Shown: positions 33,790 to 42,780 of the stretch, in pieces
Layout of the letters: every line of letters starts with the position of its first letter
Numbering within the stretch: the first letter of the stretch is position 1
From: an uncultured Rickettsiales bacterium
Lineage (GTDB): Bacteria > Pseudomonadota > Alphaproteobacteria > Rickettsiales > UBA1997
Direction: 5' to 3'
NCBI GenBank assembly: GCA_944391025.1
Contig: CALXSC010000088.1
Location: 8,278 to 72,277, forward strand
Length of the DNA stretch: 64,000 bases
Notes under the pieces: model-generated
What the model was told of the DNA's origin: nothing
Seen by the model: only the letters and a program-made list of their open reading frames with translations
Database searches by the model: none
Program-made: the position numbers and the translations under genes

Positions 33790-34851
33790 ATGAAAAGTTT
33801 AATAGGTCTTACAAAGGAAGAGATAGTAGAAGAACTAAAAGAGCTTGGCGTTGAAGCCTACAGGGCGAAACAAATATGGACTTGGATATATTACTATGGC
33901 AAGACTAGTTTTGAAGACATGAATAATATTTCTAAAGACCTTAGAAAAAAACTTTCAGAAAATTACACACTTGAAAGACCAAAGATTGATACAAATCTTA
34001 TATCAAAGGATGGCACGCAGAAATGGCTTTTAGAGTTTAGAGATGGCGAAAAAGTTGAAATGGTTTATATTCCAGAGGAAGATAGGGGCACCCTGTGCAT
34101 CTCTTCACAGATAGGCTGCGCTATGAATTGTAAATTTTGCAATACAGGAAAACATGGCTTTGTTAGAAATATGAGCGCCGAAGAAATAGTGCAGCAGGTG
34201 TTAATCGCGAGAGATGAGCTTGGCGAATGGGATAACCTCAATAAAAAGATCGGTGAAGGCAGAACCATTTCAAACATAGTTGTTATGGGCATGGGGGAAC
34301 CGCTTGTAAACTATGACAATATAGTTAAATCTTTGAAAATAATAAACGACCCGGATGGCATAGCTTTTTCAAATAGACGCATAACACTATCAACATGCGG
34401 GTTAGTACCGCAGATTAAAAAACTTGCCGATGATGTAAAAATAAATTTAGCGATATCTTTACATGCTTCAAATGATGAAATCAGGAAAAAGATAATGCCG
34501 ATAGCTGAAAAATACACAATTAAAGAGGTAATGGAAGCATGCAGAGAATATGCCAAAAAAACAAGCGATAGGAGAATAACCTTTGAATATATAATGATAA
34601 AAGGTCTCAATGACAGTGAGTCTGACGCGTTAAGACTGATATCTCTAATTAAAAAATATAAAGTACCGGCTAAATTCAATCTAATACCATACAACCCTTG
34701 GAAAGGCTGTGATTTTGAACCATCTCCAATGGATAGCATAAAAAATTTTGCACAAATCCTTATAGATGCAAGATTTCCAGCTCCTATAAGAAAGGCCAGA
34801 GGGCAAGACATAATGGCAGCCTGCGGACAATTGAAGAGTAAAGATAAGTAA
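33790..34851 (+). CDS. rlmN: Dual-specificity RNA methyltransferase RlmN
   Basis: CISSQIGCAMNCKFC, MGMGEP, AACGQL. Confidence 0.97.
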   Translation: MKSLIGLTKEEIVEELKELGVEAYRAKQIWTWIYYYGKTSFEDMNNISKDLRKKLSENYTLERPKIDTNLISKDGTQKWLLEFRDGEKVEMVYIPEEDRGTLCISSQIGCAMNCKFCNTGKHGFVRNMSAEEIVQQVLIARDELGEWDNLNKKIGEGRTISNIVVMGMGEPLVNYDNIVKSLKIINDPDGIAFSNRRITLSTCGLVPQIKKLADDVKINLAISLHASNDEIRKKIMPIAEKYTIKEVMEACREYAKKTSDRRITFEYIMIKGLNDSESDALRLISLIKKYKVPAKFNLIPYNPWKGCDFEPSPMDSIKNFAQILIDARFPAPIRKARGQDIMAACGQLKSKDK

Positions 34852-34962
34852 TATTCATTATATTAATCATTAATCATCTAAAAATCAGTCCTTTGTAAAA
34901 GAGCGCACAACCACAAAAAAATATAGTTTATTTAAAAATTAATACTAAAAATATAAAATTGT

Positions 34963-34991
34963 TTGACAAGGGGCGTTTTTTATGATATAAT
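34963..34991 (+). promoter_or_regulatory. Perfect sigma70 promoter with extended -10
   Basis: TTGACA-N17-TATAAT with TGn. Confidence 0.85.
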
Positions 34992-35019
34992 ATTTACAAC
35001 CTAATTTTTATATTTTTAA

Positions 35020-36381
35020 ATGACTGACTTTGTTATAACAATGCAGGGTGGTGATTTAATATCTAATATAATTTCAAATGAAAATATTGAAACAAGAAAA
35101 GAATGCAAAATAGAATATTCATCTCTTCCCCTATCTTCGCTTGTTAGCGAAAAAACAATTCAACAAAACGCTAGAAATATAATGCTCGCAATAAGGGGCC
35201 ATAAATACTTTGGGTACCATGCTTCTGAAATAAATGGAATAGTGGACAGACTAGCAAGAAACGGACTATATTTTATGAGCGAGGTCTCGCTGGAAGACCT
35301 GCAGAGCAGAGAATATAAAACAGATGATGGAGAAATAAAAACAACTAAATTTTTTGAAGATGATTCAAAAACTAAATCCATTCTATCAAAACTGTTAAAT
35401 ATTGATTTTTCTTCTGACGAAGAGACTGACAGAACATTTATACACATGCATCCGGTTGGCTGTGACCATTTTATAGCTATGAGACTAATAAAAAAGGACG
35501 GTGAGGTATATATATTTTACATAAATTCCCATGCTGACCATATAGCAAAGCCAAATGGCAATAGGCCGGGAACGGATTTAAGTCCGCTATCAATTGGAAA
35601 AAGCTTTAAAACAATTAAAAAATATATAGATAGTCTTCCTGAAGGAACCAACATCCATATAGTCAATATAGATTCAAATATCAAACAGCTTGGAAACTGG
35701 GCCTGCTCACTGTTTGCACTTAATAATTGCGACCTTCTGAGACAAATTCCGCAGGAAAAATTAATAGAATATGCAAGCCTATATCAAGATATTAAAAAAT
35801 CACAGAATGAAAAGTGTTGGATGGTATTTGAAAAACCTGAGGGTGAAGACAGATTTATAGAGTTATCAAAATTTGAATTAGATAGGTTTGCTTCTGCAAT
35901 TCTGATTGAAAGAAACAATACAGGATTATATAGAACAAAGGAAGAGCTAATATATGGAGTCTTGAAGAAAATCAATATAAACCAAGACAGAATGGTATCT
36001 ATTTCAGAATGCGGACAAAAAGAAGAAGTAGAATTGCCACGCAGACTTAAAAATGCACCTGCCCTATTCTTTGAAACACTTAGTGATATTATAGAAAAAG
36101 ATAGAACAATCAGCCTAATTGAAACCTATAAAAGCCAAGGAATTGATGGTTTAAAAAATGAAATTATGAACAAAAATTTCCATAAAGTAATAAAAAATTC
36201 CAAATTTTTAAAGGTCAGAGACAATTTAGCTCTTACAATAAAATGGCTAAACCAAATATCTTCAGAAAATCAGATTGCAGATATAATGCCAGCAGGTTCT
36301 GAATATATGACTTCATTTTTTCCAAAGGATATCTTTCAAAAGGAAATAATACCTGCCTTCCTAGAAAGGCTTGCAATATAA
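35020..36381 (+). CDS. Orphan with CE-clan (Ulp1/YopJ-like) cysteine protease-like domain
   Basis: DHFIAMRL...IFYINS...KQLGNWACSLFAL. Confidence 0.6.
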   Translation: MTDFVITMQGGDLISNIISNENIETRKECKIEYSSLPLSSLVSEKTIQQNARNIMLAIRGHKYFGYHASEINGIVDRLARNGLYFMSEVSLEDLQSREYKTDDGEIKTTKFFEDDSKTKSILSKLLNIDFSSDEETDRTFIHMHPVGCDHFIAMRLIKKDGEVYIFYINSHADHIAKPNGNRPGTDLSPLSIGKSFKTIKKYIDSLPEGTNIHIVNIDSNIKQLGNWACSLFALNNCDLLRQIPQEKLIEYASLYQDIKKSQNEKCWMVFEKPEGEDRFIELSKFELDRFASAILIERNNTGLYRTKEELIYGVLKKININQDRMVSISECGQKEEVELPRRLKNAPALFFETLSDIIEKDRTISLIETYKSQGIDGLKNEIMNKNFHKVIKNSKFLKVRDNLALTIKWLNQISSENQIADIMPAGSEYMTSFFPKDIFQKEIIPAFLERLAI

Positions 36382-36384
36382 ATA

Positions 36385-39165
36385 TTAAAGCCAATTTCCC
36401 CACTTCTTTTTATATAGCCTCTTGACTAAACCAACAGTCAGTGCATATCCAATAAGCACTATAGCCAGCCATGCAAAATAGCTAATTGGCAATGGCACCA
36501 TCTTGATATATTGACCGACCCCTGTAAACGGCAATATCAGCCCAATTGCAACCAGTGCAATTGTCATTGCAATTACTGGTTTACTAGCAATACTTTGTAT
36601 AAATGGTATTTTCTCAGTTCTAACAAAATGTATTATTATGGTCTGGGTTATCAGACTCAATACAAACCACCCGGTTTGAAATAAGGAAACCAATTGGTGG
36701 TTGTTTGGATTATTGCACTTGAATATAAAGTATAAAATAAAGAACATCATTAAATCAAATATAGAACTTGCAGGGCCAAGGCACAGCATAAATCGCTTAA
36801 TTGACCTAATATCCCATTTCTTTTGTCTATAAAGGTATTCTTCATCCATATTATCCCAAGGTATTACTGTCTGGGAAATATCATAGAAGAGATTTAAAAC
36901 CAATATTTGCAGCGGCAGCATTGGCAAAAATGACAAAAATGCACATGCAACAAGGATGCTCAACATATTTCCAAAATTTGAACTTGTAGCCATCTTTATA
37001 TATTTTACTATATTTCCAAATATCTTTCGTCCCTCAATTACGCCATCCTTTAAAACCTTTAAATCCTTTTCCAAAAGAATAATATCAGCGGATTCCTTTG
37101 CTATATCAACTGCACTGTCAACGGATATTGCAACGTCGGATTTTTTCATTGCGGGCGCATCATTAATGCCATCGCCCATAAATCCAACAACATGGCCATT
37201 GTCCCTTAGGGCTGTAACCACTCTGCTTTTCTGTTGCGGAGTTAATTTTGCAAATATATCAATGCCGTTCACAACTTCCCTAAGCTTTTTATCGCTCATA
37301 TATTCAATTTCCGAACCAATTAAGGTATTGCAATTAGGCAACTCTCTCAAATAATTTTTCTGTTGTCTCTTACCTATGCCCACCTTTCCGCATACATAGT
37401 TGGCAACCAACTCGTTATCACCAGTTAAAACCTTTACATCTACATTATATTTTTTTAATTCCTCTATAGCCTTTGCAGCGCTTTCCTTTGGCGGATCAAG
37501 AAATGCAACAAAGCCTATAAATACCATATTTTTTTCATCATCAACGCCAAACGTATCTCCCTGTTTATTGAATTCCGTTCTATAGGCAACCCCAATAACA
37601 CGCATACCTTGATTATTTAGCTCAGCCATCCTTTTCAGAACATCAACTTTTATTTTATCTGTTAGAGGCATAACCTTTTCCTTATATTCAACAAAACTTG
37701 AAATATTTAGCATATTATCAACAGCACCCTTTGTAATAAGTCTAGTTTCGCCATTGGAATTTTTAAGTATTACAGACATTCGCTTTCTTATAAAATCAAA
37801 TGGTATCTCGTCAATCAAATGATATTTTGAAAAGGATTTTATATCATTTGCACTTTTTGGATCTTCCTTTATATGGTTTAAAATGGCTACATCCAATAGA
37901 TTTTTTAAACCAGTTTGATAATAGCTGTTAAGATATGCAGTTTTAAAAACTTCCTCATCCTCTTCACCGTTTATATTCAAATGGTATTCAAGCACAATTT
38001 TATCCTCCGTCAGAGTCCCTGTTTTATCGGTACAGAGAATATCCATGGCACCAAAATTCTGTATAGAGCTTAGATTTTTTACAATTGTCTTTTTTTTGGA
38101 CATAACAATCGCACCCTTTGCAAGGTTTGTAGTTACAATAACCGGCAGCATTTCTGGAGTCAACCCTATTGCAACAGATACAGCAAATATAAACGATTGA
38201 ATCCAATCGCCCTTAAATATGCCGTTTATTAAAAATACCGCAACTGCCATTATTATAACAAATTTAATTAGCATCCAGCCTATATCTTTTATGCCTTTAT
38301 CAAAATTTGTCTCAACCTTCTTATGGGATATGCTCTGCGCCATGGAGCCAAAATATGTTTCGTTGCCTATTGATATTACAGCTCCAATACCACTTCCACT
38401 AATTACATTCGTACCCATAAAACAAAGGTTATTCATTTCAAGCGGCGACAAATCCTTGTCGGAAATATCTTCTTTAAATGTATGCAAATTCGGTTCATCC
38501 CTTGAAATCTCATCAAGACTTTCTCCTCTATCATATCTCTTTAATGGGCAAAAAGACTCAGCAAATTTTTCAACCGGCGCAGATTCACCAGTCAAAGATG
38601 ATTGTGATATAAATAAATCCTTAGCGGACAAAATTCTCAAATCCGCAGGAATAATAGAACCGGCAGACAAAACAACTATATCTCCAGGAACTACTTCACC
38701 AAGCGCCACTTTAACCTTCTTATTATTCCTAATAACCGTAGTTGTAGTAGTTATCATAGCCTTAAGTTTTTCACTGGCCTTATCGGATTTAGTATCCTGA
38801 ATAAAATCCAAAATACCGCTCATAAAGACCATAACGCCAATAACCACGACAGAAGTCAGGTCCTTTTCCCCGTCAATCGCAAAATAGTAATCCGTAAAAA
38901 ACGAAATAGCTATAATTACAAACAAAACTATATTGAATGGAGTAATAAAAGATTCGCACAGTCTCTTGTACCATGTATTTTTATCAGTATTTTCTATCTC
39001 ATTATAGCCATACCTTTCATGGCAATACTCAACCTCATCATCATATAAACCGCTGTCAAAGTCTGTTCTAAGCCGTCTCATAACCTCAGCAAACGATAAC
39101 TTTGAAAATGTAATCAACTTTTCTTTAAAATCTACCGCACTTTTTACAGATTTCTTATCTTTCAT
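36385..39165 (-). CDS. mgtA: Magnesium-translocating P-type ATPase
   Basis: TGES, PEMLP, DKTGTLT, GDGINDAP, GWFV.SL. Confidence 0.96.
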   Translation of the reverse strand: MKDKKSVKSAVDFKEKLITFSKLSFAEVMRRLRTDFDSGLYDDEVEYCHERYGYNEIENTDKNTWYKRLCESFITPFNIVLFVIIAISFFTDYYFAIDGEKDLTSVVVIGVMVFMSGILDFIQDTKSDKASEKLKAMITTTTTVIRNNKKVKVALGEVVPGDIVVLSAGSIIPADLRILSAKDLFISQSSLTGESAPVEKFAESFCPLKRYDRGESLDEISRDEPNLHTFKEDISDKDLSPLEMNNLCFMGTNVISGSGIGAVISIGNETYFGSMAQSISHKKVETNFDKGIKDIGWMLIKFVIIMAVAVFLINGIFKGDWIQSFIFAVSVAIGLTPEMLPVIVTTNLAKGAIVMSKKKTIVKNLSSIQNFGAMDILCTDKTGTLTEDKIVLEYHLNINGEEDEEVFKTAYLNSYYQTGLKNLLDVAILNHIKEDPKSANDIKSFSKYHLIDEIPFDFIRKRMSVILKNSNGETRLITKGAVDNMLNISSFVEYKEKVMPLTDKIKVDVLKRMAELNNQGMRVIGVAYRTEFNKQGDTFGVDDEKNMVFIGFVAFLDPPKESAAKAIEELKKYNVDVKVLTGDNELVANYVCGKVGIGKRQQKNYLRELPNCNTLIGSEIEYMSDKKLREVVNGIDIFAKLTPQQKSRVVTALRDNGHVVGFMGDGINDAPAMKKSDVAISVDSAVDIAKESADIILLEKDLKVLKDGVIEGRKIFGNIVKYIKMATSSNFGNMLSILVACAFLSFLPMLPLQILVLNLFYDISQTVIPWDNMDEEYLYRQKKWDIRSIKRFMLCLGPASSIFDLMMFFILYFIFKCNNPNNHQLVSLFQTGWFVLSLITQTIIIHFVRTEKIPFIQSIASKPVIAMTIALVAIGLILPFTGVGQYIKMVPLPISYFAWLAIVLIGYALTVGLVKRLYKKKWGNWL

Positions 39166-39194
39166 AGAAATACCCTCTCAAAAAATAATAAAAA

Positions 39195-39310
39195 TCAGTA
39201 TTTTTATTTAGACACCGCAAGGTAACTTGGAAAATATTATACTTTCCCTTTTACCTTCTCGCAAGATTTTGCTCCGCGGTAAATTTATCCTTACAATAGT
39301 CGCCTACTGA
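39195..39310 (-). promoter_or_regulatory. Structured 5' leader of mgtA, candidate Mg2+-responsive riboswitch (M-box-like)
   Basis: Nested pairings TCAGTA/TACTGA, ACCGC/GCGGT, AAGGTAA/TTACCTT, GGAAA/TTTCC, lying between a TTGACA box (39351-39356) and the GAGAGGG RBS. Confidence 0.5.
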
Positions 39311-39448
39311 AAATAAATATTAGCTATATTTAAGAACTTCAATCTATAATTGTCAAGAAAATTTTAAACTTAAAAGAGCAATTTTATACATATTTAAACG
39401 CACCAAATAAACTTTTAGAATTACAGAACCGAAGGGGGCAGCCGCAGC

Positions 39449-39548
39449 GGGATTTTTATTGTTTTTTAAAGTCTGCTGGAGCCGATAATCTTAATTATTT
39501 AAATTAGCAAAAATGTAGTGGCCAACTTTAAAAAACAATAAAAATCCC
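39449..39548. repeat. 24-bp perfect inverted repeat enclosing 52 bp
   Basis: GGGATTTTTATTGTTTTTTAAAGT (39449-39472) / ACTTTAAAAAACAATAAAAATCCC (39525-39548). Confidence 0.8.
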
Positions 39549-39795
39549 CACAAGGTGAAGGCATTACGACTTTTTTATTAAATATTATCCACCAAAATCG
39601 CCAACTTAACCGCACGACACTATACCTGCCAAGCCGCACCACAAACCCCTTAGAAAAAAAGCCTGCGGCCGCCAACTCCCGCCAAGCAAAGCCGTCTGGG
39701 TTAGATAAATATATAGTCATTTAAAAAATATTTAACAGTTATTGATTTTTTATTTTTTAATTCTATAGTAAAATAAAAATCTTTACTATAAAAAA

Positions 39796-40467
39796 ATGAT
39801 TAAAAATTCTAAAATTTCAAATAATATTAAAGTGCTTGAAAATCCTATAGCTGACCACTATTTGTCAATAATAAGATGTAAAAATACCGATAGCACTTCA
39901 TTTAGGGGTGCTATTAAAATATTGTCAAATATTGTCGCTATAAACGCACTTAGCAATCTTCCAACTGCAGAATTGGAAATGGAAACACCAGTATGCAAAA
40001 CAAAATGTATGGCAATAGACAAAAATTCAGAAATATTTATAGTGCCAATTTTAAGGGCAGGATTAGGTATTTCAGATAGTCTATTAGACCTAATACCATT
40101 TGCAAAAATCCAGCATTTAGGCATGTGCAGGAATGAAAAAACACTTGAACCAATTTGGTACTATAACAAACTGCCAAAGGAATTTAAAAATGCAAAAAAT
40201 ACATTTGTATATATATGCGACCCAATGTTGGCGACAGGTGGTTCAATAATTGAAGCTATAAAATTATATATAGAAAAAGGAATACCAGAAAAAAATATAA
40301 CCACTATAAACATAATTTCAGCTCCAGAAGGTTTAAAAAAAACAATAGAACTTTTTCCAAATATAAATATATATACGGCTGCAATTGATGAAAAACTAAA
40401 TGAAAAAGGTTATATTGTACCAGGATTAGGCGATGCGGGAGATAGAATTTTTAACACAATTTATTAA
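39796..40467 (+). CDS. upp: Uracil phosphoribosyltransferase
   Basis: VPILRAG, DPMLATGGS, YIVPGLGDAGDR. Confidence 0.96.
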   Translation: MIKNSKISNNIKVLENPIADHYLSIIRCKNTDSTSFRGAIKILSNIVAINALSNLPTAELEMETPVCKTKCMAIDKNSEIFIVPILRAGLGISDSLLDLIPFAKIQHLGMCRNEKTLEPIWYYNKLPKEFKNAKNTFVYICDPMLATGGSIIEAIKLYIEKGIPEKNITTINIISAPEGLKKTIELFPNINIYTAAIDEKLNEKGYIVPGLGDAGDRIFNTIY

Positions 40468-40484
40468 AAAACACAGTAAAAAAT

Positions 40485-41390
40485 ATGAAAGTATTAGCAT
40501 GTTCCAGCGCCGCAGAATTTTGCAATGATATAGCAAAAATAAAAAAGGAAGACATACTATATACAAAAGTTTCAAGGTTCCAAGACAATGAAATGTGCGT
40601 AAAGATAGAAAATCCAAATGAACTAAAAAATCAGGACATGCTAATAGTTCAATCAATATCAGATAATGTAAATGACAGTCTCGTAGAACTGCTATTTACA
40701 CTTGACACTGTATCAAACCTAGATGTAAATTCAATAAAATTATTAATAACCTACGCTGGATATTCAAGACAGGACAGAATAGAAAATAACGGTGAGTCAT
40801 TTTCATTTAAAATAGTAGCAAAATTAATTTCCACATTCAACATACGTAAAATATATCTAATAGATATTCACGCACCGCAAACAGTAGGGTTTTTCAATAC
40901 TCCATGTGAAAATCTAGAGATTGAAGATTTTGTCGTAGAAAAAATAAAATCAAAATACAAAAATCCAATATTAATTTCACCAGATGTTGGAAATATAAAA
41001 ACCATTACTTCAATAGCCGATAAAATGGACATAGATTACAGCATAGCTCTAAAATACAGACCAAGACCTAACGAGAGCAAAATATTATCAATGGCAGGTG
41101 AAAATGTCAACGGCAGAGACTGCATAATAGTAGACGATATCATAGATTCAGCCGGAACAATATGCAACGTGGCCGACAGAGTTATGGAAAATGGTGCCAG
41201 AAGCATAACAGCCTACATAACCCACCCCGTGCTATCTCCAAAATCATTTGACAGAATAAAAAACTCAAACTTCACAAAAATCTATATAGGCAACACAATA
41301 AACTCCAAAGACAAAATAAGAGAGATTGGTGATAAGCTTGAAGTCTTTTCAATATCCGACTGGGCTATTGAAAAGATATTGAACGACTAG
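40485..41390 (+). CDS. prs: Ribose-phosphate pyrophosphokinase
   Basis: GYSRQDR, DIHAPQ, SPD.G, IVDDIIDSAGT. Confidence 0.92.
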   Translation: MKVLACSSAAEFCNDIAKIKKEDILYTKVSRFQDNEMCVKIENPNELKNQDMLIVQSISDNVNDSLVELLFTLDTVSNLDVNSIKLLITYAGYSRQDRIENNGESFSFKIVAKLISTFNIRKIYLIDIHAPQTVGFFNTPCENLEIEDFVVEKIKSKYKNPILISPDVGNIKTITSIADKMDIDYSIALKYRPRPNESKILSMAGENVNGRDCIIVDDIIDSAGTICNVADRVMENGARSITAYITHPVLSPKSFDRIKNSNFTKIYIGNTINSKDKIREIGDKLEVFSISDWAIEKILND

Positions 41391-41514
41391 CTCATTTACT
41401 CTTTTTAATTTTTACTTTCCGATAAAAACCCATAAGATTATTGGCCATGATACAAGCCGCCCGACTGTTCCTATAATAACTATAGCCCTATATTAGACCT
41501 GATGCGTAAATAAT

Positions 41515-41654
41515 TTTTCCACAAAAAACAATTTATGCAAGAAAGACAAAAAACTTTAAAATTTTTAACAGAGATAGTATACATATACAGCTCGTTGTTA
41601 AAAATTTTAAAGTTTTGAAGTATTTTACAGTAGAAATTGGAATTTTGTGGAAAA
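41515..41654. repeat. ~140-bp palindromic MITE-like element, copy A
   Basis: TIR TTTTCCACAAAA/TTTTGTGGAAAA and inner 21-bp IR (41550-41570/41596-41616); homologous to 49835-49974. Confidence 0.65.
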
Positions 41655-41704
41655 CAAATATATGATAAAAATCAAGTTATTCTAAGTTATTGATATATGA
41701 TAAA

Positions 41705-42760
41705 TTATTTATGCACCAGGTTCATTATATATCCGCTAGCCACAACCCTAGCGCCATTATATATTCCGCACAATTGCCCAAGAGACACATTTCTTGAAGG
41801 TTTTAAAAGCGTAACGTCAGCACTATTATCATTATGAAAAATAACCTTTGCCCTGTCTGGATTATTAGTTGACCTTAATTTTACATCAAATTCGTATTCC
41901 TTTTCAAATTCCAAAGTTAAATCCAAAAAATTAACTCTATCTATTTTTACATTTGTTTTAAATAAATCTTTTTCTCCGCCAACATAGACTATATTTTTTT
42001 CAGAGTCAATTTTTATAACAAACAACGGTTCTGTATAGCCTATGCCAAGACCTTTTCTCTGTCCCTGGGTATAGTTTATAATGCCATTATGTTCACCAAG
42101 CTTTTTACCGTTTATGTGCAAAATATCACCCCTTTTGCCATTATAGTAATTTTTTATTATTTCCTTGTAGTCCCTGCCTTTTGTAAAGCAAATATCCTGG
42201 CTCTCAGCCTTTTCCGCAACAACCAAGCCTAGCTCTTTCGCATATTTTCTAACCTCGGTCTTATTAATGTTTTCTAACGGAAACTTTATATATTGCAAAT
42301 ATTCATATTTTAGTTGTCCCAAAAAGTAGCTTTGGTCCTTCATCACATCGCAACCTTTTTCAAGCCAATAAACACCGCTATGGTCCGTTATTTTAGCATA
42401 GTGTCCAGTTGCCAAATAGTCTGCTCCAATTTCTTCCCTTAGCTTTAAAAGCTCATAGAATTTTACTTCGCGATTACACTTAACACAAGGATTTGGAGTA
42501 TGTCCATTAATATATTCATCAACAAAATATTTTATAACTTTATTTTCAAATTTTTCTTCACATTCTAAAACATGGTGTTTTATACCAAGTTGCTCAGCAA
42601 CCTTTTTTGCATCAATAACAGCCAATTCGCTGCAAAATTTTCCAAAGCTTAAAGTAACGCCCTCAACAACATAGCCTTCCTCAAGCATTCTAGCGGCAAC
42701 AGTTGAGCTATCAACGCCGCCAGACATCGCTACCAATACTTTTTTCATATCATTCTTCAT
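41705..42760 (-). CDS. mnmA: tRNA-specific 2-thiouridylase MnmA
   Basis: AMSGGVDS, TPNPCVKCN, ATGHY, KDQSYFL, ESQDICF. Confidence 0.97.
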   Translation of the reverse strand: MKNDMKKVLVAMSGGVDSSTVAARMLEEGYVVEGVTLSFGKFCSELAVIDAKKVAEQLGIKHHVLECEEKFENKVIKYFVDEYINGHTPNPCVKCNREVKFYELLKLREEIGADYLATGHYAKITDHSGVYWLEKGCDVMKDQSYFLGQLKYEYLQYIKFPLENINKTEVRKYAKELGLVVAEKAESQDICFTKGRDYKEIIKNYYNGKRGDILHINGKKLGEHNGIINYTQGQRKGLGIGYTEPLFVIKIDSEKNIVYVGGEKDLFKTNVKIDRVNFLDLTLEFEKEYEFDVKLRSTNNPDRAKVIFHNDNSADVTLLKPSRNVSLGQLCGIYNGARVVASGYIMNLVHK

Positions 42761-42780
42761 TATCTTTAGCCAAAGTTAAA

